Source: a virus. From it: 30,613 nucleotides of DNA. The translations under genes were made by a program, and so were the position numbers. Numbering within the stretch: position 1 is the stretch's first letter; every line of letters begins with the position of its first letter. The stretch spans positions 1-30,613 of IMG/VR virus record IMGVR_UViG_3300047557_002095. The stretch is one strand, 5' to 3'. Of the stretch, positions 14,104 to 23,825 are shown one piece after another. The notes under the pieces are model-generated. The model did not search any database, was not told where the DNA came from, and was given only the letters and a program-made list of their open reading frames with translations.

Positions 14104-14308
14104 TGATTCAAAGATGTACTGTGACGGTTGCGGCAAAGTCTGTGGCACCAATGCTACAGGCAAATGTACGGAATGCCGTCAACAACCGTGTCATTGGTGT
14201 GGCACGCCTACTCTTTCGCGATTGCTTCCAGTTTGTTGCGGAGAATGTCGGCGTCGATCAGTCCAAGAACGGTCAGCGCTTCGGGCACAGATCTTACGCA
14301 AGCAGTAG
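14075..14308 (+). CDS. Cys-rich zinc-binding small protein (alternative start 14114)
   Basis: [29 protein letters not shown]. The 3' 100 nt overlap the convergent VRR-NUC gene. Confidence 0.45.
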   Translation: MQEKKRKKISDSKMYCDGCGKVCGTNATGKCTECRQQPCHWCGTPTLSRLLPVCCGECRRRSVQERSALRAQILRKQ

Positions 14309-14612
14309 CAGCTCCTAGGGCTTGCATCTCTTCTAAGAATTGCTTCTGTTCAGGGCTTAAGCGCCCCTTCTGAGTCTTTACTTCAAGGCAAAGCATACGG
14401 CCCTTATAGATCCCTAAGATGTCAGACACGCCTTTGATCTGATACTTGGAACGAGATCTAAAGGTTTTTCTAGTGGGATCATAGATGCCCACACTCTGAT
14501 TCTTCCAAGCTTTACACCCTTTTACTAATTTAAGGGCGGCTAGGATTGCGTTCTCAATGTCCTTTTCTGTCTCTTTCAATAATGCGGTCGATTTTCGCTT
14601 CAATGCGGTCAA
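14208..14612 (-). CDS. VRR-NUC domain nuclease (PD-(D/E)xK)
   Basis: GVSDILGI...LCLEVKTQKGRLSPEQKQFLEEMQALG fits the D...ExK core plus the conserved Q of VRR-NUC. Confidence 0.65.
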   Translation of the reverse strand: MTALKRKSTALLKETEKDIENAILAALKLVKGCKAWKNQSVGIYDPTRKTFRSRSKYQIKGVSDILGIYKGRMLCLEVKTQKGRLSPEQKQFLEEMQALGAATACVRSVPEALTVLGLIDADILRNKLEAIAKE

Positions 14613-14754
14613 GGCGCTGCTCGATTCTTCCTAATCGCTCTTTACTCATCTCTTTAGTTTCAAAGGTGTCAAATGCCCACACACACACTGAAACTGAGGA
14701 AGCAATGAGGCCGGTTAAAATTGCTATCACTTGTTGCACGTTCATTTTGAGCAC
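14554..14754 (-). CDS. TM plus coiled-coil protein (i-spanin-like candidate)
   Basis: N-terminal TM helix (VIAILTGLIASSVSVCVWAF) followed by a charged helix (RLGRIEQRLDRIEAKIDRIIERD). Confidence 0.5.
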   Translation of the reverse strand: MLKMNVQQVIAILTGLIASSVSVCVWAFDTFETKEMSKERLGRIEQRLDRIEAKIDRIIERDRKGH

Positions 14755-14966
14755 CGAGCCTTTACCCAGTCAAGAAGTTGTTTGGTGTCATCTGGGCTTA
14801 GACATACATAGTTGTCAGCTTGTGGGATGGGAAGCGTGAATGTCGCACCGTCTGGCTTTGCGCATTGCAATGCCTGGTTTGCACTATCAATCACGCAAAC
14901 GGTTACTTGAGGTCTAGCGCACGCACTAAAGGCGATTAAGAAGATCGCTAATCTTTTTAGCTGCAT
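14742..14966 (-). CDS. Small lipoprotein (o-spanin-like candidate)
   Basis: Signal peptide with lipobox-like FSAC (LAIFLIAFSAC). Short mature part containing Cys and Pro. Confidence 0.55.
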   Translation of the reverse strand: MQLKRLAIFLIAFSACARPQVTVCVIDSANQALQCAKPDGATFTLPIPQADNYVCLSPDDTKQLLDWVKARCSK

Positions 14967-15153
14967 CTTTCTTCTCCTCAGCGCTTTTTGCCTTCTTTAG
15001 ATCTTCAATAACCTTATGCGAGTCTTCAATAAACTGTTCAGGGTTTTGCCTCATGGCTCCCTTGATCAGCTTAATTAGCTCCGTAATAAGAGCTAAAAGA
15101 CTAGGAATGGCTTTCAGGATGCTCCATAGGGCTTGCATCTTTTTTAGCTCCAA
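14926..15153 (-). CDS. Small lysis-cassette protein (holin or antiholin candidate)
   Basis: Hydrophobic or amphipathic N-terminus (ALWSILKAIPSLLALITELI) and a highly charged C-terminus. Confidence 0.45.
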   Translation of the reverse strand: MELKKMQALWSILKAIPSLLALITELIKLIKGAMRQNPEQFIEDSHKVIEDLKKAKSAEEKKDAAKKISDLLNRL

Positions 15154-15286
15154 GTGCTTTAAGTGCTTTGATTACGCCGTCAAGAATCCCGTTAGCTTTC
15201 AAAGCTGGGATCATTGCCAAGGCTTCAGAGATGCCCAAAAGAACTGCCAAGATCAAAGGTAAGTTTTCCATTACTTTTTGAAGCAT
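15101..15286 (-). CDS. Holin candidate
   Basis: 61 aa with a TM segment (LPLILAVLLGISEALAMIPAL), immediately downstream of the lysin gene. Confidence 0.45.
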   Translation of the reverse strand: MLQKVMENLPLILAVLLGISEALAMIPALKANGILDGVIKALKALGAKKDASPMEHPESHS

Positions 15287-15295
15287 AATGCCCCC

Positions 15296-15808
15296 CTATT
15301 TTTTATTATAACCAAAGGTTTCGTTTAACGCTATGAGGTAGCTTGTCACTTTATCAACGTACTGCTGATTCTTGTACTGCCCAGTCAAGTTTTTGATGGG
15401 GCTTCCAGCATTGTAAGATGCAATGATATCAGATCTTTCACTGTAGCGTTTTGCAATACGCTTGAGCTGCAAGCATCCGTATTTTAATCCGATCTCAGGT
15501 TGTAAAAGCTCCAAAAGGCTCTTCTGATGCCCAAGCTCACGGGCTACCCCACCCATCACTTGAGCTAGGCCAAATGAGGTTTTCTGCAACACTAGCTCAG
15601 TCTCTTTGCTAATTGCATTGGCTCTGGCGTGCTTATCAATGTCTACAGTATACTTGTAATGAGGCTCAAAGCGAACAGCAAGAGTTTCGCCTGCACTTTC
15701 AGCTTGAACGATAGCTGCGAGAAGTACCCAAGGAATTTCATGATCTAAGGCTATATCATAAATGATATTGAGTGGTAGTCTCGCGATCCACGTCTTAGTG
15801 AGCATCAT
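15296..15808 (-). CDS. Lytic transglycosylase (SLT-domain) lysin
   Basis: AIVQAESAGE (catalytic E-S), GLAQVMGG and YNAG motifs. 170 aa. Confidence 0.75.
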   Translation of the reverse strand: MMLTKTWIARLPLNIIYDIALDHEIPWVLLAAIVQAESAGETLAVRFEPHYKYTVDIDKHARANAISKETELVLQKTSFGLAQVMGGVARELGHQKSLLELLQPEIGLKYGCLQLKRIAKRYSERSDIIASYNAGSPIKNLTGQYKNQQYVDKVTSYLIALNETFGYNKK

Positions 15809-18108
15809 TCTTCAACCTGATCTAATGCCTTCAGCATATCAGGACGGTCTTCTTTGACCGCTTCTGATTCTGCCTTTGGCATTGGAATTGCTGGACTAGC
15901 TTTAGGTTGTTCGCCCACCATGAAGCGCTTCATAATAGTTGTGTCTACAGTCTGAGATTGCTGAAGAGACTTCATAGCCTTCGCTTTTGTTACGCTATCC
16001 AAACCCGAACTTTTGAAGTCCTGAATTGCTGCTTCAGCAGCTTGAGGCTCAAACTTGATTACCTTAGGCTCATCGGCTTCCATTCCCACAGTGTTTGCCC
16101 GAATAAAGCCATTGATTAGATTTTGACGGGTCTTTGGGTCAACCTCTGACAACGCCTGATTAAGCTTTTGAACCGATGGAATTCCTCTAACAGTAATCAT
16201 CCCATCTAGGATCTTTTTAGTGGCAGGCGCTCCAAAGGTCTTAACCATATAACCGATGCCAGCTCCAACAACTCCGCCCATAGGACCACCAACCGCTGTC
16301 CCAGCAAGTGCGCCTCCAGCAGTGAGACCACCGAGCACTTCTTTCCAGAAATTCACGTCACGAGAACCATTTTGAACAACCTTCTCAAACTCAGCAGTCA
16401 TAGCTGCCTCATCTGCTAGTTTTACAAGGTCCTCATCTGCTAACTCAGATAAAAGCTTGAGAGTGCGCTTACCTTCAATAGAACGATCACTCATCACTCC
16501 CTTTAAGAAGGATTGAGTTGTCTTTGGGTCCATTCTTTCTACAGGAATGGTTTTTTTAATTGCTTCGATCCCACGAGAAATCTTAACGCCTGTTGCTTGC
16601 TCTAGTTGTGAAGCAAGTTCATTGACTCTTGGGTTTTTACCTACAGCAAGAGTTTGAAGGTTTCCAAGCGCTGCCTGTTCAGTTCCAAACAACTGAGATG
16701 CTGCATCTAAAAGTTTAGCATCTTTAGACACCTCATCCATTTTAGAGGCGTATGCTGGACTCAACTGCCTTAGTTGTTTATTGATGCTGGATCTAATTGC
16801 TTTAAGAGATTGATCTAAACGAGTGCTAAATTGACCTTCAGCTACAGCAAAATCAGTAATCTCATCAAGGCTTTGAATTAAGTTCTTAGCAGTTCCAAGA
16901 TCAAGATTCTCTCCAACCTGATCAACAAGCAGATTGAGTCTGCCTTGAAAGTCTTGAAGCTTATTGGCAACACTTTCTCTCAAAGGATTTAAAAGAATAT
17001 CGCCTGTTTTTGTTTTTTGAGCGGCGATCTGTCTATTGATCTCATCGTTAATGCTAGATGCTTTGATTAGCTTCTCAGCACCTTTTTTAGCTGTATCAAT
17101 CCCTTCTCTTTCGAGAATATCGTAAGACTCTTTTGATCCTTCAATAATCTTATCTTTCAATGCTTTGACGGCAACAAGCAGATCATCTGCACCTTGTTTA
17201 CGCTGCTCAACTAATCCTGCTTGAACGCGTGCAAGTGCATTGTCTACTTGATCCTTTAATACTTCAGTGCTGACAGGAAGCAGTGGCTCGGATCTCTTAA
17301 GATATTCTTTGATGGTTTTTTCTCTCACCCCACCGACCGCTGACAACGCCTTAGCCCCACCTGCTTTAATGGCCTTGCCTACAAGTGGTAAAGCTTCCAT
17401 GGTTCCAGAGATAAGAGCTGCACCTTCAGCTACATCACCTAGCTCCAATCTTTCTTCAGGCGTAATAAACCCAGTAGGCACTTCAGCAGCTTGCTTTACA
17501 GCTTCAGCGGCTACACCAGTAGCTACAGCTTGACCTACACCACGAGCTGCTTTAGTCAGTGTTGGTGCTTTACCAGCTAATCCTACAGCTTCAATAGCAG
17601 GTGCGGCTAAACGCTCAGCAGCAGCTACAGCGCCTTTACCCAATGCCGATACTGCTTGTGTTGGGGCTACTGCTAACTTTGCGGCAGCAGTCGTTCCTCC
17701 AGTGGCGAATGCTGGTAATACAGCACCAGCAATTTCAGATGCAGCAGCAATTCCAGGAAGCTCTTGTTCAAGCTTCCGTCTTCTTTCTACATCACGTTTA
17801 AACTCAGCTTGAATCCTTGCTGAGTCCACTGATTTATTGAAAAAGTCTTTAAGACCTTCAGCATCGAAACCAGAGCTAATCAAGTTACCGATAACAGCAT
17901 TAACCCCAGAGATTGCAGGTTCGCTTGCTCCGAAAGTCATTCCTTCAAGAACTGATCTGCCAGCGGTTTCAATTTGTTCCGAAAGAGCAGGTTCAGGTTC
18001 AGCTTGTGGCATATTCTCAGACTGCCACTTGGCTTGAGCAGCTTGAACCAACTGATCACGTTGAAACTTAGACTCGGCTTGTTTGATTAGTTCTTGTCTA
18101 GTAGCCAT
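15805..18108 (-). CDS. Large internal virion / ejection-type protein
   Basis: 767 aa, Ala-rich and helical, with a Gly-rich hydrophobic patch (GGLTAGGALAGTAVGGPMGGVVGAGIGYMV). Position resembles T7 gp15/16-like proteins, upstream of the SLT gene. Confidence 0.5.
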   Translation of the reverse strand: MATRQELIKQAESKFQRDQLVQAAQAKWQSENMPQAEPEPALSEQIETAGRSVLEGMTFGASEPAISGVNAVIGNLISSGFDAEGLKDFFNKSVDSARIQAEFKRDVERRRKLEQELPGIAAASEIAGAVLPAFATGGTTAAAKLAVAPTQAVSALGKGAVAAAERLAAPAIEAVGLAGKAPTLTKAARGVGQAVATGVAAEAVKQAAEVPTGFITPEERLELGDVAEGAALISGTMEALPLVGKAIKAGGAKALSAVGGVREKTIKEYLKRSEPLLPVSTEVLKDQVDNALARVQAGLVEQRKQGADDLLVAVKALKDKIIEGSKESYDILEREGIDTAKKGAEKLIKASSINDEINRQIAAQKTKTGDILLNPLRESVANKLQDFQGRLNLLVDQVGENLDLGTAKNLIQSLDEITDFAVAEGQFSTRLDQSLKAIRSSINKQLRQLSPAYASKMDEVSKDAKLLDAASQLFGTEQAALGNLQTLAVGKNPRVNELASQLEQATGVKISRGIEAIKKTIPVERMDPKTTQSFLKGVMSDRSIEGKRTLKLLSELADEDLVKLADEAAMTAEFEKVVQNGSRDVNFWKEVLGGLTAGGALAGTAVGGPMGGVVGAGIGYMVKTFGAPATKKILDGMITVRGIPSVQKLNQALSEVDPKTRQNLINGFIRANTVGMEADEPKVIKFEPQAAEAAIQDFKSSGLDSVTKAKAMKSLQQSQTVDTTIMKRFMVGEQPKASPAIPMPKAESEAVKEDRPDMLKALDQVEE

Positions 18109-19194
18109 TTATTGCCCCAAGTATTTTTGTAGTTCTGCATCGCTCATTTTTGAGAAATCAGGCATTGAAGGCGCTGCAACCGCCTCTTGAATTCCACGCT
18201 TAGACTTTTGGATTTTTGGTGCCTGGACTGCCACTAATGGAATTTTTTCCAACGCCTTACCAGCTTCAGCTTGTAATCCTAAAAGAGCTTGCTGACGGTT
18301 AGCTCTCTTCTGAGCTACAATCTCTGAATTATCACCTGCTCTTGGGAAATATTGAGCCTCAGCGTTTGCAAACTCGCCTTCAGAGATAGCTGCACCAGAT
18401 TCACGCCTTAAAAGAGCATTAATGAAGTTACGCTCGGCTTGTGTTTGAGCTTTCAATGCCGAATCAGCTACACGAGCTGGAAGAATAGCTTTGATACCCT
18501 CTTTTAATGAGGCGCGATCATATCCTTGATTCTCAAGTTGACCAAAAATGCTTTCAGCTTGTTCTAGTCGTCTTGCATAGGTTCCAGCAGCAAATTGTCC
18601 AGCAGGAAGCTGCTTTTCCACTGATGCTTTCTGCTCTAATGCTTTCTTTTCCAGATCAAGCTTCTCTTTTGAGATTCCAAGGTTTTGAAGCAACGCATAG
18701 GTTTGAACTTGCTGTTTCTTCTCATCAGCAGCGGCCTTCCTGTCTTCGGAGGCGGCCAATCGTTCTTCTTTCGCTTGTAAGCGCTGCTCAGTCCCAAGCT
18801 TAAAGGCCAACTCAAGCCCTTTTAATCTTTGCTCTTGAGCAATCCTAGTGGCTTCACGTTCTTGAACAGCTTGTCTTTGTCTACCCTCTTCAAGTTTTTG
18901 AATGCCGCCTAATCCAGCTTGAGCACCGATAGCGCCTCCAGACCTTCCTCCAAACGCAGCACCGGCAAGAATTGGAGCTAAGCCAATGATAGCCTCTCCA
19001 AGTAGACGTTTAGTGTCCTCGCTCATTGGAGCTGATGGAGCTTCTACTTTTGGAGCTTCTACCTTTGGCGCTTCTGCTACAACTGGAGCTTGAACTGGAG
19101 CTGGAGCTGGTTGAGCTAACTCATCTTTAATTCGCTGAATCGCGCTCATCATTGCTGGATTCATTGCTGCAGCGGGTGTCTTTTTTTCAGCCAT
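18109..19194 (-). CDS. Internal virion protein candidate
   Basis: 361 aa. Contains a PKVEAPKVEAP repeat, a Gly-rich hydrophobic segment and coiled coil. Confidence 0.45.
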   Translation of the reverse strand: MAEKKTPAAAMNPAMMSAIQRIKDELAQPAPAPVQAPVVAEAPKVEAPKVEAPSAPMSEDTKRLLGEAIIGLAPILAGAAFGGRSGGAIGAQAGLGGIQKLEEGRQRQAVQEREATRIAQEQRLKGLELAFKLGTEQRLQAKEERLAASEDRKAAADEKKQQVQTYALLQNLGISKEKLDLEKKALEQKASVEKQLPAGQFAAGTYARRLEQAESIFGQLENQGYDRASLKEGIKAILPARVADSALKAQTQAERNFINALLRRESGAAISEGEFANAEAQYFPRAGDNSEIVAQKRANRQQALLGLQAEAGKALEKIPLVAVQAPKIQKSKRGIQEAVAAPSMPDFSKMSDAELQKYLGQ

Positions 19195-20029
19195 ATACTT
19201 TTTTCCCCTTTGCAGCGAGAGTGCAAACTGGTTTACCGATAGTCATAATCAGGCGTCCAAATAGGTTGTCTTTAGTGCGTGCGCCCATGAGGTAAGCCAT
19301 GTGATGCGCCCAAGGCTTAGCAAACAAAGCTACAACGTGAGTAAAGATCTTAGACTTCTGCATGAGTGCTACAAGAGGCATTGCTAGAGTCCAGTAGCCG
19401 ATCATTACTTCAGGTTGCTCCTTACGCATGATCTTTCCAAACTCTTGATCTACTTCAAAGGTTTGTTGGTCAAGTAGACCCTGACGGTGCAGCTCAGTGC
19501 AGATAACTGTTCCTAAGAACCCACCGCCAGCACTTTCTCTTGCAGCTTGCGCTTGAACTGATGCCCCACGCTCTGCTGCTGCTGCGATTGCCTTTTGACC
19601 TTCAAGAGCTGCTGCAATTTGTCTTAAAGCGATCTGACTTGCTACGTTGCCAAACTGTTCTTTTTGAGATTGTTGAAGATTAAACAAGGTGCGCTGTAAT
19701 GCGCCCTCCTCTTCTTGCACCGCACGTTGCTGCTGCACTTGCTGAGCCAAGCGAGCTTGCTGCGCGGAAGCTGCCCCACCGCGAATCCCTGCTCTAGCTT
19801 GCTGGGCGGCTAGTTGTCTTTGAGCGGCTTGCTGCTGAACCATAAGGTCACGAGCAAGTTTTGCGCGTTGAGCTTGTTCTTCTGCTGTCCCAAGTCGTTC
19901 TAGCTGAATCTTAGGCAAGTCTTCCTTTTTTGGACGAACGACTACAGCAGATCTATCTGGAGCGGTTACTGTAAGTCCTTCCGATCCAAAACTAGGTCCT
20001 AATGTTTTCATATCTTTTGGATTAATCAT
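19187..20029 (-). CDS. Internal virion protein candidate (Q/A-rich N-terminal half, hydrophobic C-terminal module)
   Basis: 280 aa with a long AQQ/QQA low-complexity helix, followed by GGGFLGTVICTELHRQGLLD... Confidence 0.45.
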   Translation of the reverse strand: MINPKDMKTLGPSFGSEGLTVTAPDRSAVVVRPKKEDLPKIQLERLGTAEEQAQRAKLARDLMVQQQAAQRQLAAQQARAGIRGGAASAQQARLAQQVQQQRAVQEEEGALQRTLFNLQQSQKEQFGNVASQIALRQIAAALEGQKAIAAAAERGASVQAQAARESAGGGFLGTVICTELHRQGLLDQQTFEVDQEFGKIMRKEQPEVMIGYWTLAMPLVALMQKSKIFTHVVALFAKPWAHHMAYLMGARTKDNLFGRLIMTIGKPVCTLAAKGKKVYG

Positions 20030-20031
20030 AA

Positions 20032-20376
20032 TTACCTCAGAAAGATTACCGTTGCGGTTGCAGCTCCTGCCCCTGTTTTTTTCATATACACATAGTCCTT
20101 AGACCATGCCGTATCACCATCGACAATATCACTCGCTGAACTTCTGACAATTATTCTCTGACTTGGGATAAATCCCACATTATGTCTAAAAGCCTGCTCA
20201 TCCGATCCAGCAAAGCTAAATGTCGCCTCAAATCCCTCAAAGTTGTCTAATAACTTTAGCTTGTTTAAACCGATGGTTAAATCACGCAGCGAGTTAGCAA
20301 GTTCCACGGAAAGATACCGAATGGCATCCTCCGTAGTAGAACCGCTGCGAAATAGTTTAACCCCTGTAAATTTCAT
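20032..20376 (-). CDS. Hypothetical structural protein
   Basis: 114-aa ORF coupled by an ATGA overlap to the upstream 838-aa gene. Confidence 0.55.
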   Translation of the reverse strand: MKFTGVKLFRSGSTTEDAIRYLSVELANSLRDLTIGLNKLKLLDNFEGFEATFSFAGSDEQAFRHNVGFIPSQRIIVRSSASDIVDGDTAWSKDYVYMKKTGAGAATATVIFLR

Positions 20377-22889
20377 TTAACGAACCTTGGCTTGTAAGGT
20401 GCGGCGATTTCAAACTCATAACCCGTCACACCAATGTTTTTCTGCATCTCTTCGTTTACTAGAACGGCTCTGATAGATTTTACCCGATTGTTGTTCAACT
20501 TTCTAGGGTAGGTTGGCTCAACTGGAGATCCCCAAGGGTCAAGATCCCACCGATCCACACCATAACCGCCTGTCCCAATGCTGATGCTGACTTCTGACTT
20601 AGTGTCAGGAAGCCAGTTCACTTCGCTTCTAAAGGTCAGGGTAAAATCATTCTCAACAATCCCAGTAGAGAATACAGTCACGGCTAGGAAGCTTTTAAGG
20701 ATCGAAGCCTCACCCAAAAAGTCCCAAGCTGACTTCCAGTAGCATGAAATAGCTGCTGTATTGTTTGCGTAATCATAGCGGGTATTGGTGTTATGAACCT
20801 TATAAAGAAAGTTCTTTAGGGCAGATAGGGCGCTTGAATACCTACGTTCCGAGAAGAATACATTACCACTATATTCAACTATACCGCCCGCCATGTTTTG
20901 CATATCCCATTCAAGCCATGCATCTCTGGGGTAATCGTAAACAAAGGTTACGCTGTATTCATTAGCGGCCACAGTTCCGCTTGTGGTGGTCTCGCAAGGG
21001 ATAAATAGGATGTATTTTTGATTAGTCCTATCGTGGAAGCTTACAGATCTTTTGAGCTGAAAGATTAGGGCAGTATTGCTAATCCCTGCCTGATCAAATA
21101 CGGGATCAATCCGGCTAACAAATGGGTTTTGCTCAAACGGTCCTAAGCCACGCGGAACCTGACCACCTTGTAAAAGCCTTGGCCCCTGAAGGCTCATAAA
21201 CATCAAAGCGCCACGCACGTCCTGAATCGAGGCATGAGCAGCGCAACCAATGTCGTTAGCTACTTGGTCAACCTTGAATGATCCGCCAACAAAGTCACCA
21301 GATAGGACATGGATGCCCTGAGACTGGAATATGATGAAGAACTCGTTACTAGGTGCAATCCCAGTGACACGGTCTCCGATGATATCATTTACGATGATCT
21401 GATTATCTGGAACCGGAAAGTATTCAGGATTTTCTACATCACTAAAGCTTACAGTGTTGACCTCATCCAGATTACCAGCAGTGACTAGCAATCCCTGGAA
21501 TGTGGAGACATATCGACCCTTGGGAGGAGGGCTTCTATCAGTAGCGGGTTCAAGGTAAACCGCACCAAGCGATGCGTCTGCAATATTGTCACGATAGGTC
21601 TGAGTTGACGTGAAAGAGTTGTTCGGTAACTCAACCAATGAGTACCATACTGTCGGAGTGCCAGTGCTGTTCTTCGAGCGATAGACTGCAATTCTTAGAT
21701 TGTTAGAAATTACAGCGTTATCGGCTACTGTAACAGCGGCCCCTGAAACTGTAATTGAATAAGTGGGTGCAGTTACATCCACAGCAGTAACAGTTCTTTC
21801 TACATATCCGCCACTTACGGCATCGTAGAAGTAAGCTGTGTCCCCTACTTTCATGGTGTGAACGCCGCCTGAGCCATTATCTACAACAATCGTATTTACA
21901 GCAGCTTGAGCACCGTCAACGACTGCGCAGTTAGTGTTATATCCACTTGCAGCAAGGATATTATTTACTGTTACGTCAATCTGGTTGCCGTTGTAGTCTA
22001 CGGTCGCCGAAGTAACAGGATTACCTTCAACCTCATTACCTTGAGCATCTTTTTGAAGAACCGTGACCTTATAGCTGTAATTGTCAGTGCCCAGAACACC
22101 GGCAACAGTGCTGTTTGCTAAAGAGACAGAAGTAGCAGGAACGCCAGCATTGTAGATATTTTGACCATCGTACTTCTTTACAGAGTCATACCCGTTTGAA
22201 AGGTAAAGGATATTGTAAAGCTGAACGCCACTTGTGTTCTCAAAGTCTGCACTGTTTGCGTAGGTAACGTTTCCAGGGAATGGCGTCTGTGGTGCGTTGA
22301 TCTGATCCCAGTAACGTAACTTTAGAACTAGACCACTTGCCAATAGATCATGCTCTACTGTGGTGTCTAAGAAAGCAGCAGGCATGGTTCCAACCGTTGC
22401 GATTGCTGTGAATCCAACTGTAGCGCCAATTGCAGCAGCAAGGGTTGTTACATCCACTGGAGCTAGCTCATCAATTCCAACGCCAAGATCATAGTTCAGA
22501 ACCTCAGTGGTTCCTTCGACTAGCTTGAATCTGTAATCAGACGTTGCAGTATCGTAAATGATAGAAGCAGTACAGACTAAGGCGCTGCCACTGTAAGTGA
22601 CAGTGAGAGTACCTTCTTTAAGCTTAAAAGCGTTACTTCCCACTGCGACCATTTCAACGGTTTCAGCTCCGGTGCTGGTATTGTAGCGCTTATAAGTAAA
22701 TAAGCCTCTACCACCTTGGCTTTCTACAGATCCTTGATAGCCTTTACGCTTCTCGATTGATCCAGTGTTAGTAAATTGGATATTGCGTAGTGCGGTCGCG
22801 TACTGCTCGGGAAACTTCAAGTCAGACGACTTGTAGTCAACACCTGCTAGGTTTTCATACCTTTTAACGAATTGATAATTGACCGCCAC
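20373..22889 (-). CDS. Large tail structural protein (nozzle / tail-tube-B-sized)
   Basis: 838 aa, beta-rich. Position between the adaptor-sized gene and the internal proteins mirrors T7 gp12-type genes. Function is inferred from size and synteny only. Confidence 0.5.
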   Translation of the reverse strand: MAVNYQFVKRYENLAGVDYKSSDLKFPEQYATALRNIQFTNTGSIEKRKGYQGSVESQGGRGLFTYKRYNTSTGAETVEMVAVGSNAFKLKEGTLTVTYSGSALVCTASIIYDTATSDYRFKLVEGTTEVLNYDLGVGIDELAPVDVTTLAAAIGATVGFTAIATVGTMPAAFLDTTVEHDLLASGLVLKLRYWDQINAPQTPFPGNVTYANSADFENTSGVQLYNILYLSNGYDSVKKYDGQNIYNAGVPATSVSLANSTVAGVLGTDNYSYKVTVLQKDAQGNEVEGNPVTSATVDYNGNQIDVTVNNILAASGYNTNCAVVDGAQAAVNTIVVDNGSGGVHTMKVGDTAYFYDAVSGGYVERTVTAVDVTAPTYSITVSGAAVTVADNAVISNNLRIAVYRSKNSTGTPTVWYSLVELPNNSFTSTQTYRDNIADASLGAVYLEPATDRSPPPKGRYVSTFQGLLVTAGNLDEVNTVSFSDVENPEYFPVPDNQIIVNDIIGDRVTGIAPSNEFFIIFQSQGIHVLSGDFVGGSFKVDQVANDIGCAAHASIQDVRGALMFMSLQGPRLLQGGQVPRGLGPFEQNPFVSRIDPVFDQAGISNTALIFQLKRSVSFHDRTNQKYILFIPCETTTSGTVAANEYSVTFVYDYPRDAWLEWDMQNMAGGIVEYSGNVFFSERRYSSALSALKNFLYKVHNTNTRYDYANNTAAISCYWKSAWDFLGEASILKSFLAVTVFSTGIVENDFTLTFRSEVNWLPDTKSEVSISIGTGGYGVDRWDLDPWGSPVEPTYPRKLNNNRVKSIRAVLVNEEMQKNIGVTGYEFEIAAPYKPRFVK

Positions 22890-22898
22890 GGTGTCTCC

Positions 22899-23825
22899 TT
22901 ACAGTTCATATCCAAGATAGAACGGATCAATGATAGGAATACGGTCTGGATCATTGTCAGGCTCAGCGAAGGCTTGCTTGAGCGTTCCTTCGATTTTAGC
23001 CATAAGTGCTGCGACTTCAGCTTGATCGGTTGATGAGTCTCGAACAAAGATTCTCATATTGCAGTATTCAAGTAGGTATTTTTCACATACATCAGGCAGC
23101 AAAGAGTTAGTGCTAGAGTTCTTGCCTCTTAGTGCATATTGACCGACTACGATTGTCTCACCTGACTGGAAAGTAAAACCAGGCGATACAGTGACCACAC
23201 CTGTTGCGGTGTCGATTGCATCAACTGGAATATCTTTCATTTTGACTGCGCCGTACTTATCAACGATAGTGATATAGTTCTGCTCAAGTAATGCAGAAGC
23301 ATCAAGGCCAGCGGGGTCAAGTGTCAGGCTTGTGATCGTGTTAGTCCCAAGTGTCACTGCCTGAACAGTTCCACGCCTGATATCCAAGTATGGAATAGCC
23401 TTTTGATATACAATCCTAAGCTTCCCCCCATTTTGCGGTGGGGGTTGAATGATTAGGTTAGAGCCCTGACGTAAATAGAATGATGGGTTTCCATTGATAC
23501 CGTCAATTCGCTCTTTAAGGCTACCCTTACGGATAATGTAGTAGTCTTGGTCTAAGCCACTTGGAGAATATGAGATGTTATCAATCCGAGTTCCCATGTA
23601 GCAATCGGACGGGATTGCATAGGTCTCTTGAGAGATCGTAACGTCTACATATTTTTCAGCCATCAAGATAGTCGGAAAAAGTACGTTGATGATGGAATGA
23701 ATTTCTTCCTGCGCATCGTTTAGCGCCTGAATGAATTCCTCATCTTGCACGCCAGCGGTACTGGTAAAATCAGTATTTCCCGTGGCTCTCCGACTCGCTA
23801 GAATTAGCTGATCAAGTGATCTCAT
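22899..23825 (-). CDS. Head-tail adaptor or tail-tube-A-sized structural protein
   Basis: 308-aa ORF immediately upstream of the 838-aa gene. No motif recognised. Confidence 0.45.
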   Translation of the reverse strand: MRSLDQLILASRRATGNTDFTSTAGVQDEEFIQALNDAQEEIHSIINVLFPTILMAEKYVDVTISQETYAIPSDCYMGTRIDNISYSPSGLDQDYYIIRKGSLKERIDGINGNPSFYLRQGSNLIIQPPPQNGGKLRIVYQKAIPYLDIRRGTVQAVTLGTNTITSLTLDPAGLDASALLEQNYITIVDKYGAVKMKDIPVDAIDTATGVVTVSPGFTFQSGETIVVGQYALRGKNSSTNSLLPDVCEKYLLEYCNMRIFVRDSSTDQAEVAALMAKIEGTLKQAFAEPDNDPDRIPIIDPFYLGYEL

